This document shows positions 11,637-23,815 of a stretch of 64,000 nt of DNA, one piece after another. Numbering within the stretch: the first letter of the stretch is position 1; each line of letters starts with the position of its first letter. The notes below the pieces were generated by a model. It was not told where the DNA came from and ran no database searches. It saw only the letters and a program-made list of their open reading frames with translations. Source of the stretch: Felis catus (taxonomy: Eukaryota); assembly GCF_018350175.1 (NCBI RefSeq), contig NC_058369.1, forward strand, positions 684,001 to 748,000, in the 5' to 3' direction. The translations under genes and the position numbers were made by a program.

Positions 11637-12999
11637 TTGGGCTGCCCTGCCTCTGTGCAGGGCCTGTTATGTACACGACTGGCGTTCTCAAGGACTGTCC
11701 CCACTGTACAGAGTTGGAAACTGAGGCTTTGAGACGAGAATGAACCACAAGACCTAGCTGGGTGCAAGCCCGAGCCTGAACACAGAACTATCTGCAGCCC
11801 CCAACTGACCTCCACTCCCCGAGTCTCTCTGCTGTATTCACTGAATCTGCAAACAGCATCCCACTTCTGTGGGGGTGGGCAGAGCTCCCCATTCCTGGGC
11901 GGTCCGAGAGCAGGGAAGGGCTGGAGGTGAGTCTGCTCCCTCCGACTCTCCGAGCTGGAATTCTCAGGAGTCTGCGCCTCAGTCGCAGACTTGACATCCC
12001 CACGAGATCTCCTGTGTCAGGTCGGGAAACTGAGGCACGAGTGAGCAAGGTCTCCCGCTGCCTCACTCCCCCCTCTGGGGTCCCCGGAGCCGCCCCGACC
12101 TGGCGCAGAGCCTCCGGGCTGCAGGGGGGCAGCCAATGCCGGCTGATAATCCTGCCCCCCCCCAGTTGCCCGGCATGGGGGCCGCACCTCGGCTCCCTCC
12201 CGCGGACTGGGCCACAGAGGCGTGGCGTGGCCAAGCTGGGGTCCAAGCAGCCTGGGCCCCTTCTGCTGTCGACCCTCACTGGGCCTCAGTTTCCATGCCT
12301 GTACGGAGAGGGAGAAGGGGCTTCCCACCCCTCCTCTGCTTTTAGGCCTTTTATGTGCTAATAAAGCTCCTCTCCGGAGGCCCCCTTGTCCCTCCTCGGT
12401 CCAGGCTGCGTTTACATGACAGGGACCCAGGAGACCCCGTCCGGGAGATCTAAGGGCTCCTGTCGCTGTGGCCTGAGGCGGTGATGGTGGGGGGAGCTGA
12501 CCTCCATCCTCGCCAGACGAAGCTGGGTCTGGGGGGGCTCCCCAAGGCTGCGTGCACAGGCTGCCTGACAGTTGGGACCTCCAGGGCAAAGGCTGGGAAG
12601 CGGGGCTGAGGGGCGGAGGCGGCAGGGGTGGGGGAACCTGGTGAGGTGACCGGGAGGTTGGGGGGGCAGTTGTCAAGTGGCAGAGGCCCTGGAGGGAGAT
12701 CCCCGGACTTGCTGGGGTCACGCGGGAGGTAAGGAGTTGAGGCTGGGGGCCGGACCCAGAGCACCTCTGAGCCGGGCTGGGGCGACCTTCACGCCAAACC
12801 CTAACCCCCCCCCCCCCCCCCGCAAGGAAACTGACGCTAGGAGAGGGGTCCAGAACACTCAGCTCCAGGCCCCACCCACCTGTGCCGCCTTGGCAGTCAG
12901 ATCTGCCGAGGAAAAGCCACGGCGGCTGCCTGTGGTGGGCAGCCTGGGGACTACCTGGAGGAGGGGACGTGGCAGTCAAGCAGTATCGTTTATTTGGAG

Positions 13000-13725
13000 A
13001 GGGACTTCGTGACGGGGAGCGGGGGCAGCTCGTGCCGGCCCCGTCACGGAAGGGCCCGGACGCGCGGCCTACGGGAGGGAGGCTGGGCCCCGGGGCTCCG
13101 CACCTGCTCCGTTGCATGCGGTTACCCAGAATGCCCGGCGAGGCGACCGCCCCTCCTCCCCCGACGCCCGCCTGGTGGCGGGCGGGAGGCTCCGGGGCGG
13201 CCTGGGGGGAGGGGGTGGGGGTGGGGCACGTGGGCCCGCGCCCCGAACTTCTCCCGGGTCCCCCCCCCACCCCGCGCCGGCCCCGCCCCCGGCCCGTCCC
13301 GCAACCGCCCGCGCTGACCCAGCGCCCCTCGTGCTCCCCGCCCCCCCCCCCCCCGGCCTCCCCGCGCGGACCGCGGGGCCCAGGTTCCACGCGGGCGCGG
13401 CGGACGACGGCGGGGGCTACACGGTGGAGGTCAGCATCAACGACTACCTGGACATCTACTGCCCGCACTACGGGGCGCCGCTGCCGCCGGCCGAGCGCAT
13501 GGAGCACTACGTGCTGTACATGGTCAACGGCGAGGGGCACGCGTCCTGCGACCACCGGCAGCGCGGCTTCAAGCGCTGGGAGTGCAACCGGCCCGCGGCG
13601 CCCGGGGGGCCGCTCAAGTTCTCCGAGAAGTTCCAGCTCTTCACGCCCTTCTCCCTCGGCTTCGAGTTCCGTCCGGGCCATGAGTACTACTACATCTGTG
13701 AGTGCGGGGGCGCGGGGGTGCGGGG
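13000..13725. promoter_or_regulatory. CpG island over the exon 2 acceptor and exon 2
   Basis: Very high CpG density. Confidence 0.7.
13384..13697 (+). CDS. EFNA2: Ephrin-A2 coding exon 2 (ephrin receptor-binding domain)
   Basis: Acceptor CAG|G; encodes [29 protein letters not shown]...[27 protein letters not shown]; donor T|GTGAGT; 314 nt keeps frame with exons 1 and 3. Confidence 0.98.
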
Positions 13726-13939
13726 GGGGGGTGCAGGAGGGGGGCCGGGGGTGCATGGGGGGTGGGGTCTGAGGAGCAGCACGTGGGGGGAGCAGGAGGA
13801 GGTAGAGACAATGTGGCAGTGTGGAAGGGGGGGGAGAGCGGGGGGCACAGGGGTTGGGGGGCAGCAGAGTCCTGGTATGGGGAGATGGGGTCTGGGCCAG
13901 CCTTGGCCTCTGTGTCTCCCGGGTCAAGCGCTTAAATGG

Positions 13940-14035
13940 AATCATCCTTCTCGCAAGCCCCAGAGCCCTCACTATCTAGAGTTCCCATTTTCAGATGGGG
14001 AAACTGAGGCTCAGAGTGGGGCTGAGGTCACAAAC
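13940..14035. mobile_element. MIR fragment (similar cores near 4880, 12025, 16110, 18030, 22770, 23540, 28280)
   Basis: CCCATTTTCAGATGGGGAAACTGAGGCTCAGAG is the MIR core motif. Confidence 0.75.
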
Positions 14036-15887
14036 CCGCAGATGCCCCTCTGTGACCTGTCTCTGGATCAAGCCACTGGGCCTTTGGGCTGGGGGAGCGG
14101 ATGGCTCCACCATCAACTTGCGGGCACTGAGATCAGGGGTGGTCACTGCCCCTCCCCCCCCCCCCCAACGGGTGTAGGGACTCTGGTGGGGGAGGGGAGC
14201 GTGGTCAAAGCCAGGGGCGAAGGCAGAGCTCCGGTTCTGCCCATCACACCTTGGCTGGGGCAGGGAGCCACCTTCACCCACCGTCTCCCCCCACCAGGCC
14301 CACCTGGCCCGAGATTCCCCGAGGACTGTGGGAGGAGCTGCTTTTCAGGGCTTGGGGACCCTCAGGCACAGCCCCGCGGCGAGTGGGCGGGGCTGAGGGA
14401 GGCTGTCCCTGGCTCTGCTGCACATGGGAGGGGGGAGGGATTCCAGGGGCATCCTTCTTCCTCCCCCTAAAGTGCCAAAGGCAGGGTCTGGGGACAGGAC
14501 GCTGCTGTGCCCTTGGCAGCCCCCCGTTACTCTGCAGGGACTTAGCCAGGAATACGGGAGTCTAGGCATCGTCCCCACAGGCATGGGGGCATCGGGGAGC
14601 CCGCGTTGGCGTGGGGCTGATGCCTCTGCAGAGCCACTGAGACCCCGAGGGGCACGGAGATCCCCATCTCTCGGCCGGCCTCGTGGGGGCCCGCAGGGAG
14701 CCAGGTGGGGCGCGGGGTCTGCCCCTGGGGCCGTGGGGACACGCAGCCCCTCGCTACCCTCCTCCCCGCTGCGTCCCATTAAACTGTGTGAGGCTTCGTT
14801 CTTTCTTCTCTACTTGGATTTTTTTTCCTTTTAATTCAAGGAAGAAGCGGGTGGAGGAAGGGAGAAGGTGTTTAAATTAAGTCCTCGTAATATAAGAAAA
14901 ATTACATTTTTCTTTCCAGGACGGGAGTTTCATAAAGATAATTATCGTAATTACTCTATGACGAATGTTATTTTTATTACATGCTTTTTTGTCTTCATCT
15001 TCCAGCGTGAGGGGCTTCTGGGGGGCGGGCAGAGGCAGTGGCCACCAGGAGGACAGGGGGACAGGCCTGAGCGTGTCCGTGTGCCGGGTCGTGCACACGG
15101 GATGGGGGGGGGTGTGCCCGTGCCGTTGTCACACGCGAACCCCCGTGGCCCCCACTGGGCTTCAGGCCTCCTTCCCCTCCCTACCCTGGTCCCCAGACCG
15201 CCTCCCGCATGACTCACTGCTATGGTGTGACCCCGGCCCCTCCGGGAGCTTCCGTGGGCCGTGTGGGCCGAGAGGCAGGGAGCAGGAAAGGTGGAATTGG
15301 AGGCTTGGGGACCTAACGCCTCGGCCTCCCTGTGACCTCCAGCAGGGTGCGTCCCTCTCCGCGCGAGGTGGGCGCATAGCCTGTCTCCCAGGGGTGACTG
15401 GCTTCTGTGAGCTCCCAGATGGAAGTAATCATTTCCAGAGCACTTACTGTGCGACGCACGAGGCCCAGATAGGGGGTGAGTTGCCCACAGACACCAGAGA
15501 GCAGGTATTCGATCCCAGATCAGTCATTTGGTTACACTGATTTTTTTTTTTTTTTTGGTTCTGACTGGTTAAAAACATTTTTATTCAACACCTTCGAACT
15601 TTGCTCTGTGCTGCCTTGGGGTGACGTGGAACCAGACACAGGCACCCCCAGTCTCTGGGGTCGGGGTTCAGCAAAGGGAGGGGCAGGGGAAGTATGCGGG
15701 AGGACTTCTGGGAAATAGAGGGCATTGTGTCTAGGGCTTTGAGGTGTGGTTAGGAGTTTTATGGGCGGAACCTCCCGTAGCCTTGGGTCAGGGTCGAGTT
15801 ACCAGTGTGGGGAAGGGGATGTAGCCCCAGGAGGTCTCTGGCACTGACAGCCCCCTCCTCCACAACCCCCATCCCCCTCTCTTCCAG

Positions 15888-15953
15888 CTGCCACACCGCC
15901 CAATGCTGTGGACCGACCCTGCCTGAGGCTGAAGGTTTACGTGCGGCCAACCA
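15888..15953 (+). CDS. EFNA2: Ephrin-A2 coding exon 3
   Basis: Polypyrimidine tract plus TTCCAG acceptor; encodes (S)ATPPNAVDRPCLRLKVYVRPT; donor A|GTAAGT; 66 nt. Confidence 0.97.
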
Positions 15954-16522
15954 GTAAGTGCTCAGGGCATCGTGCAGGGTTTCATCCCCCACCCTTGTGT
16001 CCCGAGCCCACAGAGCCCACGGAGGGCTCGGCAGAGCCAGGGGGTGGTCCCAACACAGCCCGGGGAGTCCCTCAACCTCAGCAATGGCGGGGGCGGCTCC
16101 TGACCCCGAGCCTCAGTTTCCTCACGTGTGAACGAGGACGGCATTTCAGACCTTCGGGACTGAGGGTGAAGTCCGTGACCGGGCCCTCTGCTGAGGCCGT
16201 AGCTCCTTTCATCCAAGAGTGAACACCAGGAAGGTGCCCCAAGATAGGCCAAAGGGTCCACGTTCTGAGCTCTTGAAACATCAAAGCCAGACGCAGAGAA
16301 GGGGGGGGGGGGTCTCCGCAGCCTTGTGACTTCACCCAGGCGCCGGACACGCATTTGGCACCTACTGTTTGCCATGCTCTGCACAAAAGGCACAGCCCCG
16401 ACCGAGATGGACAGAAATCTCCGGGTCTGGGAGGGACAGCTGAGGCACAATGTGGGTGTGGGGGTGCAGCCCCGTGGGGAGGGGGGCCACCTGCTGACCA
16501 TCCTGTCTCCGTGTCCCCCCAG

Positions 16523-16644
16523 ACGAGACCCTGTACGAGGCCCCGGAGCCCATCTTCACCAGCAATAACTCGTGCAGTGGCTTGGGCGCCTGCCAGCTGG
16601 TCCTCAGCACTGTCCCTGTGCTGTGGACCCTCCTGGGCTCCTAG
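16523..16644 (+). CDS. EFNA2: Ephrin-A2 coding exon 4 (GPI-anchor signal, stop)
   Basis: Acceptor CCCCAG|AC; encodes (N)ETLYEAPEPIFTSNNSCSGLGACQLVLSTVPVLWTLLGS then TAG at 16642-16644; spliced CDS 143+314+66+122=645 nt. Confidence 0.97.
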
Positions 16645-17825
16645 TCCCGGCCCACCTGGATGCCCCGCCTAGAGACCAGCTAGAGACTCCGTTTCTCCCA
16701 CGACTGGTGCTGCCCTGCCAGGCAGGGGGGGGCTGTCCACCGCCCCAGGGCCAGCCCTGGGGGGCGCGGCTAAAGGCCCTGATGCCTGAGAGGCCGGGTG
16801 TCTGTCCAGCCTCCCGGCCAAGCCATTCCTTCCAGGGTGCCGGACGGCGGAATCAGAAAGACTTGAGTTTTTAATTTAATTTATTCCTTGCTGTTGCCGG
16901 TAACTTTGGGAAGGAGACAGAGTGGATGCTGCGTGGGTCCCTGGCCCCCCCGGGGCACGGGGATCGGGAGACCCCTGGTCTGGTCGGCCCTCCAGGTGCC
17001 CTGGGACAGGCCGGTCGGTCTGAGACGGAAGGGGCCGGGGATGCGTGCCCCTAATTCCGGCCCAGGAATCAGAGCCCACCTCAGACCCCCCCCCACCCCC
17101 CACTCCCCACTCCCCCCCACCTCCTCCCTCCAGGGTGCCTCACCAGAGAGCCCCGTGTGGAGCCCTGGCCCCATCAGAGCCCCCGCCCCCCCGTCTTAGA
17201 ACCGCTTAGGCCCCGCCCGGTCCCCCCAGCCTCACCCGCTCGCCCCCGAGGCCCAGAAGACGTGACATTTCTGTAAATAGAGCCAGCAAGCATATACTGT
17301 GATTTATTTTTACTGTATTCCTAAGGATGGCCTGGAAAGTTTCTTTTTTTCTTACCCCTTCATGGGAGGGGGGCACTTTTATTTTGGTGGGGGGGTGGGG
17401 GGACTTTTTAGAGTAGAAGCCGCACTTCGCAATAAGTTCGTGTGTCTGTCGGAGCCCCTGCCCCTACTCTCCGAACTAATAACGTTTGTAAGAGAAAAGA
17501 AGACAGGACAAAAGGAAACACGGGGGCCACCACCAAGAAAAGACACCCCCCCGACACTTTAAAGAAGCAAACCGCATTTATACAGATTTCATATTTCCTA
17601 CCCGCCTTTCCTGATCTGTGTTTTATATATATTATATATAAATATATATGATGCAAGGCCGCCAGGAGACGGCTCCTGGATGCCGGGGGGGGGGGGGCTT
17701 TTGTAGGGGGCATCGTGGGCGGGTGGTGGCGTCACGCCTGGAGCTGGCGACCGGGACCCCCCCCTCCATTACAATCAACTTTGGATTCTGTATTTTTTTA
17801 TAATAAAATGAGCGTAAACTTCAAG
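16645..17825 (+). other. EFNA2: EFNA2 3' UTR (end approximate)
   Basis: Runs from the stop codon to AATAAA at 17802-17807; contains AU-rich patches typical of a 3' UTR. Confidence 0.8.
17802..17807 (+). terminator. Polyadenylation signal AATAAA
   Basis: TTTTTTTATAATAAAATG, followed by GT-rich ATGTGCATGTGTGTCT at about 17827-17842. Confidence 0.85.
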
Positions 17826-18331
17826 GATGTGCATGTGTGTCTGGGGCCCTCGGCCCGGATTGGGAGGGGCACTCGGAACTGATCATTTGGAGTCGGGTCT
17901 GGAATCTGCCAGGCAGAGGCGTCTTTGAGGGCCCTCCGGGATCCGTCGTGACGGCTTCTTCGCTCGTTTGGAGGCTGGGCCCTGGGATGGACATTTCACG
18001 GGGTGCTGTATCCTCCACCGCCCTCCGTGGGCCTCAGTTTCCCCCTCTGACAAATGGAAGCAAGTCCTCTGCTCCCTGGGGCCGCTGGGAGGGGGAGAGG
18101 GGAGCCTGGCCGGCTGTGAGTATACAGCAGGGGCCCTTGGATGCCAGGACCCCCAGGGCTGCTCAGGGCCTCCTGCTCCATCGTCCGCGTGGGGCGCGAC
18201 TCCTCCCGTCCTGTGACGGGTCTTGTAGGGTCCGATCAAGTCCTGTGACATCTGCGTCGCCAAGCTCTACCGCCGTGTGACTCAGTTTCCCTAACTGACC
18301 AGGCCAGGGTGGGGTCTGTCTGTTTCTTTGC

Positions 18332-18502
18332 TTTTTTTTAAATTTTACGTTTATTTATTTTGAGAGAAAGAGCGTGCCGGGAGGGGCAGAGAGAGAATCC
18401 CAAGCACCCCGACGCGGGGCGCAAGCCCAGGAACCGTGTGAGCGCGACCTGAGCCGAAATCAAGAGTTGGACGCTGAAGGGGCCGAGCCACCCAGGCGCC
18501 CC
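18332..18502 (-). mobile_element. CanSINE (tRNA-derived carnivore SINE)
   Basis: Poly-T/TTTATTTA tail, GAGAGAGAATCCCAAGCA, ends CCACCCAGGCGCCCC. Confidence 0.9.
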
Positions 18503-19021
18503 ATCTCTTGCCTCACAGTCGCTTTCTGGCTTTGCAAAAGGCACGTGTCCAGGGCTGGGGTCCCAGGGGCCTTCACCCCAGCCTAGCCCCAGGTGGGGGC
18601 ACGGAGAGGCTGGGGGCCACCCAGCAGACCCTCTCAGATGCTTGTCGCCTCGGTGGTACGTCCAGGACCCAGCGTCTGGGGCACAGTTAGCGGGGAGGAA
18701 AGGCTGCCCGCTAATTAATGCGGCCGAGCGGGGCCCCACGACAGGACCTGCCTCTTAATGAAGCCAGTGGAGCCGCACAAAGACCCCTGTGTGCGCCCCG
18801 CCCGCCCTGCCCGGTGTCCCCGGATGGACGGTGACGCCCGTGCCGCGCACCCTGAGGATCCCCCACTCCACAGCGAGGACCCCAAGGCTCAGGTAGGGAG
18901 GAGGCCTGCCCCCCGCGGCTGTTTTCCCCAAGACCCCGCGTGGCGGGGAGGGAACCCGAGGGAGGACTCAATGCAGGGATCGTGGGGCGGGATCTTAGCA
19001 AGTGACCTTAATTTTCTTATT

Positions 19022-19650
19022 TCAAAAAAACTTATTGAGATAGAATTCACATAGCACACCATCCATCCATTTCAAGTACAATCCAGGCGCTCGGGGGGCT
19101 CGGTCGGTTAAGCGTCCGACTTCGGCTCCGGTCACGATCTCGTGGCTTGTGGGCTCGAGCCCCGCATCGAGCTCCGTGCTGACCGCTCGGAGCCTGGAGC
19201 CTGCTTCGGGTTCTGTGCCTCCCTCTGCCTCTGCCCCTCCCGCCACCCGTGTTCTGTCTCTCAAAAATAAGTAATAAGACATTTTTAAAAATGAAAAAAA
19301 AATTAAGTACAATTCCACAATTTCTAGTACATTCGCTAGAGTGTAGTGGTGCAACCATCACCTCTCCGATTCCATCACTCCAAAGGAAGCCCCGCCCCTA
19401 ACACCAGTCACCCCCATCCCCCATCCCCCACGAGCCCCCTTCCCATCCGTGGATGAGCCTGTTCCGGACGTTTCACACACGTGGACTCACACCCCGCGTG
19501 GCCTCTCGTGTCGGGTTCCCTCTGTGAGCGTCGTGTGTTCAGGTCCGTCCGCGGGGCGGCGGGTGTGGGCGCCTCGTTCCCATGCGTGGATATATCACAT
19601 TTTGTTTATCTAGGCACCAGCTTATGGACATTTAAGCCACTTCCAGTTTT
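19022..19650 (-). mobile_element. L1MB-like 3' end, copy A1 (interrupted by a SINE)
   Basis: TTATTGAGATAGAATTCACATA...CAACCATCACCTCT...TATATCACATTTTGTTTATC resembles the antisense L1MB 3' UTR. Confidence 0.8.
19086..19301 (+). mobile_element. Feline CanSINE nested in L1MB
   Basis: GGCTCGGTCGGTTAAGCGTCCGACTTCGGCTC head; A-rich tail; target-site duplication AAGTACAAT(T)CCA on both sides. Confidence 0.92.
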
Positions 19651-20739
19651 TTAAGACAAAGTTTTAGCACAAAAGGACCTCGGATGGGTAAGGACAAAAA
19701 TAGCTTTGTTCCACCTCAGGGCCTTGGCACATGTTGTTCCCCTGGGTCGTGTACCCTTCCTGCAGGTCACCGATCACTGATCCGCTCTCTCCCTGAGACC
19801 TTTCAGATTAGGTCACACGTTCTCTCTCAACGTCCCTGGCCGAGTGGCCACTCCCCCCCCCCTCAATGTGGCATTTCTGATTTCTTCCCTGTTCTCCCCC
19901 GGAGACTGGGAGTTCCCAGGGGGCAGGGCCAGTCCTGTTTGGTCATCACCGGGACCCAGTGCCCACACTTGGGAGACCCCCCTTGGGCTTGTCATCTGCT
20001 ATGTGCACAGGCACGTACACGCGTGTGCAGAGGAACCCCCAGCCGCTCTCGCCCACGCACGCCCCTTACCGCTGGACACTTGCATTCAGGGCCTGGGTCA
20101 CTGGCCACCATCCACTGCCTCAGGGGCCACCGTCAACATGAGGAGGGGCTGCGTTGTGCACAGTGGGGACCCTGACCCTGTGGCCCCCACCCCGGCCTCT
20201 CTGCAGGCCCCCTGGGCAGCCGTCTGTATGCGGGCCCCTGAGCAGAGGGGACTCGATTTCCCTCCCGGGGTGCCCGGGTGCCCCGCCACGGGGAGGGGGT
20301 CTGGGAGGTGGGGAGGGGGCGTCCTGAAGTCCCCCCAGCACTTCCGGCTGCTCTGGGATGGAGGCGTATCTCCTTGCCACGTGCACCAGGTTAGATTTGC
20401 TGTTGTATTGCTTTGGGGGGGGGGGGGGTCAGGCCTCAGCCTCAGGATGGGGGCCTGGTTGCCCCTCTCCATCTCCACCGGGGAAAAATCCACAAGGCCC
20501 CAGTGCCCCTCACACTCAGGGCTGACGGGGACCCCCTGATTTTAGGGGTCCCGTGACACAGCTGGAAGCCCATGCTCCTGTATCCCGCTTCAAGGAAGGT
20601 CCTCACCCCGGCTCCTCCCCGCCTCCCTGGGCGTGCCCCCCGCACCCAGGGCCACTGCCCTGCCTGCACCTTCCCAATTACCTTCCCTCCCTCCCCCTCC
20701 CTTGCTCCTCAAGGCCCCAGATCTTGTCTGTCTCCTCCT

Positions 20740-20874
20740 CTAGACTGTCAGCTCCCTGAGGTTGCGGAATTTTGTCTGTCCTGGTTGCCGCTGCGTCCTC
20801 AGTGCCTAGAATGTGCCGGGTACACAGTAGGCGCTCAGTGAATTCTTGTTGATGAATGAATGAATGAATGAATG
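20740..20874 (+). mobile_element. L2 3' terminus with (TGAA)n tail
   Basis: TAGACTGTCAGCTCCCTGAGG...GTGCCTAGAA...CACAGTAGGCGCTCAGTGAA...GAATGAATGAATG. Confidence 0.85.
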
Positions 20875-23700
20875 GTTGGACGAGGCAGCTGCCTGATTAG
20901 GAGACAGAACGCAACACACGGATGGTGTTCCCAATGCCAGCGTCGGCGCCCCCAACGAGCAGTAAGTGTGCACCTACTGTGTGCAGCGGTCAGTGCTGGG
21001 CCCTTCATGGGACTGCGTGGCCTCCGCGCCCAATATCCGGGGGACTTTCAGGCCATGGTTGGCGCCCCTGATCCAGGCTGCAGGTGGCCAGGCGGCCACT
21101 GATGGGCAGGGAAAAAAGCAAGTTCACAGCCCAGAAGCCCCCGAGGAGCCATCAGTCACTGCACGATAACACACAAGCCGGAAATTAAGTGGACGCAGCC
21201 AGGCAGGTGTGGCCAGCAGGGCAGACTGCCCCGGGAGCGGTTCCTGTCCCCTCCAGGTCCCCGACCCCAGCTGCTGGGCCGCAGGCATCGCTACTAGCGC
21301 AACTCGGGCCAGGTCACCGGGCTGGGGCAGGGGTGTGGGCCGGAGGGGGGAGGGGCCGGAGGGGGAGGGGCCAGAGGGGGAGGGGCCTGAGCGCCAAGCA
21401 CAGGACAGATGGCAGGTCCAGCACAAAGGCACAGAGACCGGGCTGATGCACAGCCCAGGCTGCGGTGGAGGCTGGGGGTGGGGGGGGGGGAACCGCAGGG
21501 GAGGCTGTGGGGGGGGGGCTGCAGAGGAGGGGGTGGGCGGGGGAGCCAGTGGGGCAGGACTGGAAGCCAAGAGGAATGGACTCTGGAGGGTGGGGGCTGC
21601 CGGGCACCAGGACCTGCACCCCCACCCTCACCCTCACCTGCTGGAGCAGAACCCCCGCACTGTCCCCCCCCCCTCCCGCAGGCCGTCTCCACACTTACTG
21701 GGACCTCAGGGTTGCTCAGGGGCCAGAGACCGGGCTGTTAGGGGTGAGCCCCCTCCCGCTGCGGCCAGAGGTTGGGAGAAACTCTGGGGGGCTGTGTACT
21801 GAGCCACACGGCTGATGGAGAAACGGAGGCTGAGAGGCCGGGGGCCTCATGGACAACGCAGTCTCCGGGGGCACCGAGTGGTCCGGGAGGCGGCTCTCCT
21901 GTTCATTGGACAGAGGCCCCCCCCCCAGGGCCCCACTGGTCCTTGGAGTGAGTCCAGGGTGACCCCGGGGCCTCTGTGGGATCAGGATTTGGCCTGGGGC
22001 AGCCCAGGGCATGAGATCAGAGGTCCCCCCACTCCCCCAGCAGCCAGGAAACATTTCTTGGGTCCCTGTGTTGGGGACCCCTGGGGCCTCCCTCTCCCTG
22101 AAGCTCTGATGTGCTGTGCGGGTTGGGGTTTAGGGGCCCAGGAGCCCGGCTGTGGTTCCGGTCCAGACCACCCCACAGACGGTGCAGCCTTGACCTCTGG
22201 GCCTGGGGCGCTGGCCCGGCTCCCAGGGTGGGGGACGCTTCCAGGGGAGATCCAGAAAAGTTATTTTCCAGGACCCTCCTCCCCGTGGCCTCTCAAACCC
22301 CAGCTCCCGAGGGGGCGCACTGATGGGGGGCAGAGGGGCCGCGAGGGGTGAGGGGCTGTGGGTTGCGGTTGGCGCTTCCCCGAGTCCCCACCCCCTCCCC
22401 CGCCAAGACGCCTCCCCGGCCGCCGCCTCCCCCGCGCCGGTTTGCAGGCTCTAAGTGCTTAAAAGCCTCCTGCGGCCGGGAGGAGCGGCGCGGGTGGAGG
22501 CGGGGGGCTGGCAGGGGGCCCGGGGCGCCCCTCCGGAAAAGGCCTTGAGCCCGAGACAGGCGGTGAGGCCAGGAACCGCCCGCGCCCCGCACCCCACGCC
22601 AGGAACACAGGGCCCGGACCCCCCGCCCCGCCCCGCGCCCCCAGGTCCCTCCCGCGGGGCCTCCCCCAAGCCCCCTCTTCCCGCCTCCGTGCCTCTGCCC
22701 GCGCTGGTCCCCCACCGGGCCCTCTGTTGTTCCCTGCGCTCCGCATTCGGGTCCCAGCTCTTCGCCCGGGACCTCAGTTTCCCCATTTACAGACTGCCGC
22801 CGGCGGGCCGGCGGGCGTGAGCTCCTGTCTCTGGGGTGGCGAGGAGGCGGCAGGGGAGGCCGGTCCGGGCCAGCCTCGTGGAAACTGGGTCCCGCCCCAA
22901 CCCCGCCTTCCTCCAGTGGGACCTCCCTCCCCCGGTTTACCCTTCTGCTCCGCAGAGGAAACCGGTCTCAGACCCATTTCACAGACGGGAAGGCTGAGGC
23001 CAGAGAGGGTCGTGCCCAGTCCCAGGCCCCACAGCTGGCACCCCGCTGCCGCTGGCCCCATTAGCTGGGGGGGGGGGGGGATGGGGGAGGGCCTGATGTC
23101 CTCAGTCCCGGTGGGCAGGGCAGCACGGGCAGTCTGGAATAGTCCTTACGATGTGGATTCAGTGTGGGCTCTGAGGAGCCTGCAGGCCTGGGGCGGGGGG
23201 CGGGACGGCTGGACTGTCCTCGTGGGGCTGCATAGATGAGAGCCTGTGATTGCCCTGCCGCGGTGGGGGGGGGGCAGGCACCCCCCAAAGGCCTCTTTTG
23301 GAGCCTGCTTGGCAAGGCCCACTGGCCTCTGGCAGAAGGGGGTTCAGGCCCCTCTCTGCGCCGTTGCCTGCCCCGCTCCGCCCCTCCCCTGCCAGGCACC
23401 AGAATTATGGTTTGCAATATCTCTGCTTCCCTGTGCGGCCTGAGTGTTAATGAGGCACCTGCTGCCGGAGCCCCGCACCCTGGGGGGCGTCATTAGCATC
23501 ATCCCTCACACCCACCCCCAGATGCCACTGTGGCCAGGAGGGGAAACTGAGGCACGGAGAGGTTAGGTGCTGCCCTGGCTGAGACAAATTCCAGGTTCCA
23601 GCACAGCCCTGGCCCCCCCTACCGTGGACGAGCCCTCAGTTTGCTCATCTGGAAAACGGTGCGGTAGAGGCACAAGGTGGGAGCTCAGAGCCTGGGGTTC

Positions 23701-23815
23701 CTTTTTTTTTAAGTTTATTTATTTGAGTAATGTCTACACCCGACATGGGGCTCGAACTCACAACCGGGGAAGCAAGAGTCACACGCTCTTCAGACAGGGC
23801 CAGCCAGAGGACCCC
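23701..23815 (-). mobile_element. Short CanSINE without CT tract
   Basis: tRNA-like body; 14-bp target-site duplication AGAGCCTGGGGTTC at 23687 and 23816. Confidence 0.9.

Noticed and set aside
12017..13972. 651-aa minus-strand ORF
   Set aside because: Antisense shadow of GC-rich EFNA2 exon 2 plus intron sequence, and it ends in MIR-like sequence.
13112..14470. 452-aa ORF taken as a single-exon ephrin
   Set aside because: Only 13384-13697 is ephrin-like and it is bounded by canonical splice sites; the rest is open intron.
14905..14925. Strong-looking cryptic acceptor TTTTTCTTTCCAG|G in intron 2
   Set aside because: No convincing downstream donor or ephrin-like reading frame, so it cannot be supported as an exon.
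19086..19160. tRNA gene-like A/B boxes, here and in other SINE heads
   Set aside because: These are tRNA-derived CanSINE heads followed by SINE body, tail and target-site duplications.
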